DNA of 64,000 nucleotides from the human T2T-CHM13v2.0 reference genome, Homo sapiens. Positions 53,811 to 64,000 of this stretch are shown here, piece by piece (the stretch's first letter is position 1; each line of letters starts with the position of its first letter). The position numbers were made by a program, and so were the translations under genes. The notes under the pieces were generated by a model, which was not told where the DNA came from, ran no database searches, and saw nothing but the letters and a program-made list of their open reading frames with translations. The stretch lies in assembly GCF_009914755.1 (NCBI RefSeq), contig NC_060932.1; one strand, given 5' to 3'.

Positions 53811-56699
53811 TAGAGTCTGGATTAGTATTTAAGTTAGAATTCATTTTTACTTTGTGTAGGCTGTGCCTATATGTATTTTGCCACTCTGTTGACATGTATT
53901 TGAGGAGTTGAAGTAAGCAAAATGGACTGATCATTCAACTGAGAACTCATCACTCAGTGCTTGGTCTTTGCAGTGGCTGGAGAAGCAGGAATTGATTTAA
54001 AGGCAGTCAATTCATGGTTGCCAGAGAGACATCTTTACAGGTTGAGGCCCTGCTGGTAGGGCCAAATGCAGGATGAGGAGCTTCTCCATGTATAATTCAC
54101 TGGAATATGTGATATCGACTGCTCTTCTGTAAGCCTGTCATTTTCCATCCTGAAGTTTTTTTTGTGTTTTGGTAGAACAATGTGCGTTCTGTTCACCATC
54201 ACCTGACTAAGCTTTATACAACTTCTATGAATCTACTATTGTAACTTTAAATATGGTTCAAGGTAAGATTGAATTTATAAAACTAGTCTTAATATGAAAG
54301 CAGTTAATCATTTGAATTTTACTAGTACTCACTACCCACATGTAAGTTCGAAGAGTCTGAAAAGTGTTTTCAACAGTATCTCACACCCTAAAGAATTCTT
54401 ATTTTATCACTAATATTTAACAACAGATTAAAAATATATCCATATCTGGCAGAAATGTCTTTTGAAGAAACAAGTAGATTTTTAAAACACTATAAAATTT
54501 GTCAATGCCATAATCATAGCCAATGAAATAACTGACTAGAAACTTCCCCAGGTTCACATCCTTTCTGGCTGTTCAGAGGAACTCTATCACATCTGCCTGG
54601 GAGAGCAATAAAGAGACTTGGTGGTAAAACACAACACAAATAATTGCTCATCCTGTGTGAAATGCCTTCCATCCGCTCTGGGAAAACCTCCTTGTGGCAG
54701 GAAGAAGCCAGGTAGCATGGAATAAAAGGGTAAGTAACTTGTGCCAAGCAGGTATCCAAGAGCCAGCTGGCTACCAGGGACTCAGGGGCAGAAACCCAGA
54801 TTTAAATGGCAAAAGCCAAAGGAAAAATAAGGATTGCACCAGCTTCAGAAATGAGCTCTTAATGGCCTCAAAGAGAAGGCTGTGGGGGAATTCAGCACAT
54901 AAATAAAAGATAAACAAACTTAAAAACAGGCTTTATAGGCCTGGTGTAGTGTACTAGTAGTTATGGAGTCTTTGCTGGTGCCCAAGGATGCGTCACTGTG
55001 GGTGGTTATGGCTTTTGGAAAAGCGCAGAGCTGAGCTGGGCAGTGTAGGTAAGTTGCTGGATTTAGGTAGGAGGTTGAGATCTTTTTATGATCTGTTTGC
55101 AAACTGGGTCAAACTGTGTCCTCTGTATGCAGGTCACAGTCATCTTCATTCTGAATTTGACGGAATCAATCTGCATTGTCAATATTGCTGTTTAATAATT
55201 ATTTAAGCTCTCTTACGTGGAATAATTCAAAGAACACATATCACATAGTTACAAGCTCTACGTTAATGCTGGCATCCTTAAAAAGGGTGAGCTATTTAGC
55301 CATGCATATGTATTAGGGTCACTTTTGAATGTTCATGTTTTGTCATTTTTATTTTCTTCTTTAGATTTAAAATAAAAATATTTTGATAGATAACATGAAT
55401 TTCATGTGGAAAGAGTGCTTGTAGACAGATTTGCAGGGAGTGAGAGTCTTTCTGGCAAATTGTCCCATTTGGAGTTTCGCTCAGATCATCTTTACTTAAA
55501 TTTAGTTTGGGTATGATTATAGTAAAATAAAAAATCAGAATTATTTATTTTAAATCTGAGAAACAAAATACAACAACTTCTCCTTCCCTCTCCCCATAAT
55601 CCAAACAAAATTCACATACCCATCACAATTTTATCTTTAAAGGGCCTTTACTCAAAGGAGCCAAAGAACTTGGACTTCTCTACTCCTTTCCCTGGAATAC
55701 ATTTGGCTTTGTTCTTTGCAGCATAGGCAATTGCTGTTAAAGAGACTTTCAGTTTAACATGTAATTAATAGTTTGGCATTTCCCCAGGGCTTTCCTCGGG
55801 ACCCTTTTTCTGTATCTGTTTTGTATTACAGAGTTCCCTTGCTAAATATTTCCAGATCATATAGATTTAGATAAGACAAGTTCCAGAACTTAGAGTATTT
55901 TTTATTTTGACATTTACAGTATTTATTAGTGAAATGAAAATAATACTTTGACAAGTCCCCAAATAATAAATGGCAATATTCTCAAACTCTGAGTAGTTTA
56001 GAGTAACTTTCAGTGGCTAGTGACCACCTGATAGCCAACTGTTCTCTTTTCAGATATGTTAGCAAATTTGAAATACCTTGGGATAAGTTCTTTTAGAGTG
56101 CTTTCCCATGATGATAATTGTATTTCCCCCCAGTCCCTCTGGGTGGTCGGTGGGCCTGACATATCTTGTTCCTTTATCTGTGAGAATTAAAGAGTTAGGA
56201 GGGGATGAACTATTGCTCTGGGGCAAGTCACATTCTTTGTGCCTGGGCTTAGCACAGGGCATGCTGGGAGTCATGCTGTATTCAGAGGAAGCAGCCATTG
56301 CCCCCACACCATGTGTGTTAACCAGAGGGTGGTGTGGGTCACTTTGAGTACCAGGAGACATGACTTAACTGGAACAAATACTTTCAACTCAATCTGGGAA
56401 GTAATTATGGTTCACTTGGATATTTTCCAGAGCAGTCTTCAGTGAGGTGAGTTGGGTAGCTTTTATTCATTCTCCCTCTCTACCTTCTCTACAGATCTTT
56501 GCTTTTCTTATGGAACTTACCTCATTTTTGCCTCGTAATTTAGTAACTTGAATATATGTCTCTATGCTCTGCTACTTTCAAGCCTGCGAGGGGACTATAT
56601 TTTTCTTGTTGTGTAGTATCCACAGCTCTTATCATACTGCTTTGCATGAGTATTTTTCAAGTTGTAGTGAGACTCTAAATCTCACAGCACTCCGTACTT

Positions 56700-57455
<756 letters not shown>

Positions 57456-57499
57456 TCCTTTCCAGAAGGTAAACAACTTGAAAAATGAAAGAACCATAC

Positions 57500-57670
57500 A
57501 ACATTAGATCTGAAGGGACTTTAGAGCCATTATATTCCCATTTCCATTTTACAGCTGAAGAGACCTGGGCTTAAAGGGATAATGAGAATTTCCAGCTTGT
57601 TTAGCTAGTTAATGGCAGAGTTGGGTCTGGAATCTGGGTCCGTTGACTGCCAGTTATTTCTGTGGCACTA
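57500..57670 (-). mobile_element. MIR
   Basis: 'ccattttacagctgaagagacctgggc...agctagttaatggcagagttggg'. Confidence 0.75.
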
Positions 57671-57799
57671 TGTCCAATCAAAGTCTTTGTGATTTTTGCA
57701 CCGCTCAGGTGTAGTTACCCATCAGGTGCTTGAGAACAGTGAATGAGGAGGGTATTTGTGGAAAGTTCAGGGGAGTTGTGGAATCAGGTTTCCTTTTAG

Positions 57800-58216
57800 G
57801 ATATTTTAGTTCATTCGTGCTGCTATAGCAAAATACCGCAGCCTGGGTAACTTATAGATAATGGAAATTTACCTTCACGTAGTTCTGGAGGCTGGGAAGT
57901 CTAAGATCAAGGTGCTGGCAGGTTTGGTGTCTGGTAAGGGCTGCTCTCTCTTTCCAAGGAAGGGCTGCTCTCTGTTTCTAAGGTGGTGCTTTATCGCTGC
58001 ATCCTCTGGAGGGAACAAATGCTGAGTCTTCACATGACAGGAGAGTGGAAGAGAGTGAACTCACCACCTCAGGCCCTTTCCTGAGGGCCATAATCCTATT
58101 TATGAGGGCCCTGCCCTTATGACTGAATCACCTCTTAGAAGCCCCACCTCTTAATACTATCAGATTGGCGATGAAGTTTCTACATATGAATTTTGGGAGG
58201 CATTCAGACCATAGCA
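57800..58216 (-). mobile_element. MST (MSTC/D-like) MaLR LTR
   Basis: 'ttagttcattcgtgctgctatagcaaaatacc...agttctggaggctgggaagtctaagatcaaggtgctggcagg...cattcagaccatagca'. Confidence 0.85.
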
Positions 58217-58889
58217 GTATGTTTAATTCAGCTCCTACTTTCCTCTGTGACTTACCAAGGTCCTCTCTCTGTGTGATAACCCACAATAGTAGTAAGTTGG
58301 CTGGGTTTGGAGGTGAGTGAGAAATGAGAGCATGATTGGGGTCAGAGGTGTGGCCAGAGTGACTGATGCTGCTGGTGGAGTCATCCTGGTATTTACTGTC
58401 CAGGTAAGGCATCGTGTGAGTTGAAAGAACACATGTCTAAAACTTCCTGGTGATCAGCATGAATATCCTCTTACAGTTATTTTTTAAAAAGAGCATTTAG
58501 AAGGCTGTTGTCAAAATGTAATTATAGAAATTAATTAGATAATATATAAGCATCCAAAAATATGTTTATGGATCTATTTGCCAACATGTTGATCAGCAAG
58601 TGGGGTCTTAAGTGAACAAGAGAGTGGACAGATAAGTTTTAAGAGGGAGTAAGAGACAGAAGAGGTTTGGAGGATAGGATACTTCAGGGAGGGAAGACCA
58701 GAGTGTGCTACATGAGTGGTGGAGGGAGAATATTTGTCAACAGAAGGTTAGGATGAGGGCACTGGGTAACTGAGAGATAATACAGAAAGAGGGTGCTAGC
58801 TGGGAGGGTGGGGAATACCACAGAGACAAGTTTCTTCTTTCCCCTTCTTTTTGATCCCTTGGAGGGGCTGACCATCATCATCACATGGC

Positions 58890-59010
58890 AAAACATCCTG
58901 GATCCCAGATCTGGCTCTGTCATTCAGCCCTTGAGTAACACTGGGGCAGTGACTTTGCTTTTCTGGGCTTCAGTTTCTCCAACTGTAAAACACAAGGGGT
59001 GTATGAGACC
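58890..59010 (+). mobile_element. MIR fragment
   Basis: 'ttctgggcttcagtttctccaactgtaaaac'. Confidence 0.6.
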
Positions 59011-59383
59011 ACTAGTTTTCTGTGTTATTTGGGTACTTGGGAGTCTTGTGGATGTGATTCAAGGGTATCACTGCAGGCATGGGGGTGAGTAGCAAGCAGG
59101 CATTTTCTGCCCTGCTCCCCGCCTCACCCTGCAAAAAACAAATTAGCTCTGTGACGTCTGAATTTCTACAGAAAATTATTGTTTGAAGGTCAACGTCTAT
59201 GTCTAAAGAAAATTTTAAAAAGCACTCAGCCTATACCATTTCTCAGGCTTTCTCTGGTTCTGACATTTTGGGAATCTGTGGTCAGTACCCAAAGCCTTCC
59301 AACCTCTAAAGAAACAGGGCCAGGATTTAAAGTCAGCTGTGATTCTATGATTCATACTCTTCTTCAGTCTAGGTGTCTGACCT

Positions 59384-59494
59384 GGGAATTCCCTCATGTG
59401 GCTCTTGGTTCTTTTGCAGGTGTGCTCTGCCTTGTCAGGGTGACTTAGGTGCTCATCTGGGCTATAAAACCCTCACTAAGAGCAGTGCTCGGCA
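59384..59494 (+). promoter_or_regulatory. Candidate Pol II promoter: NF-kB site, TATA box and CA initiator
   Basis: GGGAATTCCC at 59384-59393; TATAAAA at 59463-59469; CA at 59493-59494 (31 nt from the TATA start); non-repeat sequence. Confidence 0.35.
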
Positions 59495-60221
59495 CAAGGC
59501 AGTCTGACGCCTGGTGAATGATCCATTACTTACAAGCTCATCAAAGTTGCAGCACTTCTGAGGGGCAGGAAGCCCCAGTAAGGTACCTGGGACAGTTTAC
59601 AGAACACCACCCTGATTATTTTATGGTAAAAATGTGGTAGGATTCTGGTTTTCAGCAATGAGAAGCTACTCACACACACACACACCCTTAAGTCTAAAAA
59701 AACAGCCATATATTGAGAGGTATCTGGATTTTTTTGAAGACTTTCAACCTCCCCCAGCTTTTTGCTTCTAGATCAATGTTTTTAATGGCTTTGGCAGCCT
59801 TAGTCCTATTAGTAAATTCCATTCAACCTGCAAATTAATTGTTCAGGAGCAAAATCAAGTTGAAGATGGGCTTTTAATCTGCCCTGCCTCAGCCCACTTC
59901 CATGTTTGTATACATTTGAAATCTTAGCCTATCTCCCTTATTCTGGCTGTTTGAATAGCATAACCTTGGTGATGAATTCCAGATGCTGCACTACAGAGTG
60001 CTTCAGGGGCTTATACATTACAGTTCTCAGAAAATAAATGTATTTTTTTCCTTGTGATTAAAAGGCTAAACAGCAGGTCATGCGTACCTATGCATGCAAA
60101 AGGGTATTTATATTTTGGATCAGGTGAAATGCACCTGGGCGCTGTAAATATCACAGATCACTGTGATGTGATTGAATCTAAAAGTCGGCATGGCCTCTCT
60201 TCCTTTTCTTTTTTTAAATAC

Positions 60222-60249
60222 CCTTTGAAAGCGAAAGTTCAGCAGGTCA
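60222..60249 (+). promoter_or_regulatory. Overlapping TCF/LEF, IRF-E and DR2 RARE motifs
   Basis: CCTTTGAA (60222-60229), GAAAGCGAAAGT (60227-60238), AGTTCA-gc-AGGTCA (60236-60249). Confidence 0.4.
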
Positions 60250-60924
60250 TTCTTTCCCATAATCAGCGACGAACTTAGATCATCAGAGTTGATGTGAGGT
60301 TTTCCTTTACATCTCAGAGGGGAACCTGAACTATCAGTGATTATTGAGAGGTCCTGTCGAATATATTACAGTAGGGATCACAATCTCAAAATTGCTCTGA
60401 AAGTCTGGAACCCACACCTTGGAGGGTCTGGACTTCCCTTAACATTGCTTTTCTAGTTACTGTGTTTGGGAGGTGGTTGGGATTGGGGGACTTTTCCCAA
60501 GACTTCACATTTCAGAGCAAAGGGAGCTCCACTGGAGAGATACTCTTGGCCTCCTTTCTTACTCCTTCAAGGTGGGAGAGCTTTGGAGAAGGAATGGGGC
60601 TGAGAGCCCAGCCAGGTCAGCCCTCTCTCTGGGAGCCCAAGGCAGTAGCATCTTTCTCTACCTTTAGACTGGCAGGAATCCTGGCAAGGCATGAACTCTT
60701 CCCAGACTGGAGCCTGGGGTTTTGGCATAAGCTCAATCCCGTGGAAAGTTATCATGTTTCTTGGCCAGTCTTGGCCATGACATACGTACATACACATGTG
60801 CACAATGTTTATTAATAATAAGGATGATACTGGGATCTCCATCTTGCTGAGTCCTTGACACTCTCTAACTTGGTTCAGAGCATTGATGAAGTAGGGGATC
60901 TTCTCTGACCCTAATAGTCATTAA

Positions 60925-61760
60925 AGTAATCATTCTCATGAAAAATTTGAAAATAGAGAAAAATGCAAAGAAGAGAAGTCATCCATAATTCTATTGGGAT
61001 AACCCTTTTAACATTCTCTGTGTTAATCCTTTAAAACTTTCAGTCTCCTTTCTCTGTTTCCCCTTCCCTCTCTCTTCCTCTTGTACAAGTATAGGCAGGA
61101 AAACATACATAACATACATATATATTATGGCGATGTGTGAGTGCAAGTATATATATATGTTCATATACCACATACATTTATCACAAATTAAGGTCATGCA
61201 ATATTCATAATTGCTATTGTTTAAATTCTTAGCATGTGCCTTATTGTATAATAAGTAATATAACCTCACAATAACTCCATAAAGTGGGTACTGTTTTAAT
61301 CTAATTTTATAGATGAAGAAACTGATCACAGAAAGTTTAACTCCTTGCCCAAGCTTACACAGATAGTAAGTGGCAAAGGAACCTTTAAACTCAGTTTGAG
61401 TTTTAATCATCACGTGGTGTAGCATGTATACTACACTGTATAGTATGTTTTGTTTTGGAATCTGTTCTTTTTACTCAATACTTCATGAACAGTTTGTTCA
61501 TGTCATTAAATATTCTTCTAAAATAGGATTTTAATAGTTGCACCGAATTTAAGTACAAGGATATGCATTGTATTTTATCTCTTACCTTACAGATTTGGTT
61601 TGGTGGTACATTTTCTCTACCATAAGCAACACAGCAATGAACATCCTTGAGCTGCACATTTTTGCTCATAACTCTGTTTATTTCTTTAGGCTAGGTGCTT
61701 AGACATTGAACTGCTGAGGCGAACAGTGTCTGCCTATTTTTCAAGCCTCTGATGCTCCCA
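60925..61760 (-). mobile_element. Old L1ME-type fragment interrupted by a MIR (about 61205-61430, minus)
   Basis: 'aaaatttgaaaatagagaaaaatgcaaagaag', 'acagcaatgaacatccttg'; MIR 'attttatagatgaagaaactga...cttgcccaagcttacacagatagtaagtggc'. Confidence 0.65.
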
Positions 61761-61880
61761 TCAAAGTCCTGACCACCAGCTCCCCCTTGCAGCTGCATGG
61801 ATGCAGGGACAAAGAACTGGGAGACGCCCCTCAGGTCTCCGCATCTTGCCCATAGGGTGTATTGGTTGATCTGGAATGGT

Positions 61881-62108
61881 CTTTCTTTCTTGCTAGCTTG
61901 CTTTCTTGCCTTCTTTTTCTTTTTTCTTCCTTTTTTTCTTATCTTTTTTTCCTTTCCTTTCCTTTTTTTTCCCTTTCCCTTCTCCTCTCTTCTCTCTCCT
62001 TTCTCCTTTCCTTTCCCCTTTCCTTGTCCCGTCCCCTCCCCTCCCCTCCCCTTTCTTCCCCTTTCGTCTCCTTTCCTCTCCTTTCTCCTTTCTTCTTTCC
62101 TTTCCTTT
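61881..62108. repeat. CT-rich polypyrimidine low-complexity tract (expanded tail of the adjacent FLAM)
   Basis: About 230 bp almost all C/T; includes (CCCCT)n at 62033-62051. Confidence 0.95.
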
Positions 62109-62224
62109 CATGACGGGGTTGCACCATGTTGCTCCAGCTGGTCTCAAACTCCTGAACTCAAGCTATCCTCCTGACTTGGCCTCCCAAAGTGCTGGGATTA
62201 CAGGTGTGAGCTACCACACTGGCC
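62109..62224 (-). mobile_element. FLAM_C / AluJ monomer
   Basis: 'gacggggttgcaccatgttgc...ctcaaactcctgaactcaagctatcctcc...gctgggattacaggtgtgagc'; TSD-like tggtctttctt / tggtttttctt. Confidence 0.85.
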
Positions 62225-62654
62225 TGGTTTTTCTTTTTAACTGCTATTTTAAAGCTTAGATTTACAATAATCTTTTGCCCTTGATGGAAGATCTTTGGTT
62301 AGTGTCCCTCAGAATATTTTTGGTTAGCAAGAATAAGAAGGATCATATCCTAATTTCTTGGCTCTTTAACGTGATGAATGCCCATCCTACCTCATCGTTG
62401 CAAGAGACTGAGGATCTCCTCAGTGACATGTCCCTGGTACCCCTCTCCTACCTGTGCCTCTGCTCTTCTGGTGGCCTCATGCACAAGGCCCTTCACTCTC
62501 ATCTTTGCAAGTCTGCATTCTATTTATTCTCAAGGGCCAGCAAAATCCTACCTAATGGCACAGTCATCTTTGCCTATCTTTGTTCAGAATTATCAATCTC
62601 ATTTTCCTATTTTTCCTAGAAGCTAGATTTCCTGGAAGATAGTTTTTTTTGATA

Positions 62655-63275
62655 ATTCCATTTCATTCATTTTTTTCAGTTCACTCATTCATTCAAAAAC
62701 CACTACTGTGCTGAATGAATAAATTTGGAAACAACAAAAATAATACATGGGCAGGCTCTTTCCTCATGTCTAGTAGGGAAGAAATATTACATAAGCCAAG
62801 AATTTCTGTACAGTGTGTTAAGTATTATAATATGTAGGAGAGTGGTATGTATAATGACAGAAAAAAGGAGAAGTCACAGCATGTGAATGGGAGAATGGTG
62901 GAACATGAGCATGACTTAGCCAGATGAAGGGGGGAAGCAGGAGGAAACTCCAAGCATCTGGAACAGCATGGGAGAAGGCATTAAGGGAAGGAACAACATC
63001 CATAGTCAGCAAAGTGAGGGGAGCCACAATTAGTGACTCGGGCTGGAGTAGTGGGAGGCATTAGTGGGGAACTGAGCACTTTGACATTCTATACTTACCC
63101 CCATTGTGGCTTTACCACAACTGACATGACTTATTTACTTGCCTTGCTCCCCCACCAGACAGCAAGTCCTTTGAGGGCACTTACATCTCTTTTGGCACTG
63201 TACAAACTCTGCATCCAGCACAGTGCTTGCCACATAGTGAGTGGGGAGACTCAGTAACTATTGAATGAATCAATG
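62655..63275. mobile_element. L2 fragments (minus about 62655-63050; plus 3' end about 63090-63275)
   Basis: 'cattcattcaaaaaccactactgtgctg'; 'gcaagtcctttgagggcac...ccagcacagtgcttgccacatagt...ttgaatgaat'. Confidence 0.7.
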
Positions 63276-63338
63276 GAGGTGGAGGATGAGAACAGCAGGT
63301 AGCAAAGGAAGATACCAGTAGTTTTCACAAAATGCTAG

Positions 63339-63679
63339 TATCTTAGTCTGTTTTCTGCTGCTGTAACAGACTACTACAGACTGGGTAATTTATAAAGGAA
63401 ATAAACTTATTTGGCTCTCTGTTCTGGAAGCCGGGAAGTCATACATTGAGAGGCTGCATTTGGTGGGGTCTTTCTGCTGCATCATAACATAGCAGAAGGT
63501 ATCATGTGGTGAGACAGAGGAGTGGGGAAGGCAAAGGATGGGGCTGGAACTTCATCCTTTTATCAGGAACCCATTCCCGTGATAAGTACATTGATCAGCT
63601 CATTAGGACGTGCTCTCATGACCTAATTGCCTCTTAAGGGCGCCACCTCTTATCACAATGGCAATTAAATTTCAATATG
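63339..63679 (-). mobile_element. MST-type MaLR LTR interrupted by AluY; continues past the window end
   Basis: 'tcttagtctgttttctgctgctgtaacagactactacagactgggtaatttataaagg...ggcaattaaatttcaatatg' resumes as 'aattttg'. Confidence 0.85.
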
Positions 63680-63998
<319 letters not shown>

Positions 63999-64000
63999 TG

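Noticed and set aside
57936-57983. 24-bp duplication aagggctgctctct...aagg in the MST LTR
   Set aside because: Diverged old slippage inside a repeat, with no functional implication.
60991-61425. Longest ORF in the window (144 aa)
   Set aside because: It runs through MIR and old L1 sequence and resembles no protein.
61797-62259. Overlapping F/S/P/L-rich and K/E/R/G-rich ORFs on both strands
   Set aside because: Artefact of a stop-poor CT low-complexity tract.

Overview
This is primate (human-like) genomic DNA, not microbial. It is a repeat-rich, CpG-poor, apparently intergenic or deep-intronic 64 kb block. I see no credible protein-coding gene, RNA gene or CRISPR array. The listed ORFs are either L1 ORF2 or Alu remnants, low-complexity artefacts, or chance ORFs. 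Much of the window is interspersed repeat: Alu, L1PA/L1M, L2, MIR, MaLR/ERVL/ERV1 solo LTRs and hAT MER elements, with several nested insertions that still show target-site duplications (TSDs). The most notable signals are: (i) two diverged, inverted copies of a rare ancient element resembling MER121, about 5.4 kb apart, one next to a palindromic segment; (ii) a candidate NF-kB/TATA promoter with a first exon at about 59.4-59.6 kb, and an overlapping TCF/IRF/DR2-RARE motif about 0.7 kb downstream; (iii) a strong CTCF motif at 20.8 kb. Repeat subfamily names come from memory of consensus sequences. Boundaries are approximate unless a TSD is cited. No novel biological system is demonstrable from the sequence alone.
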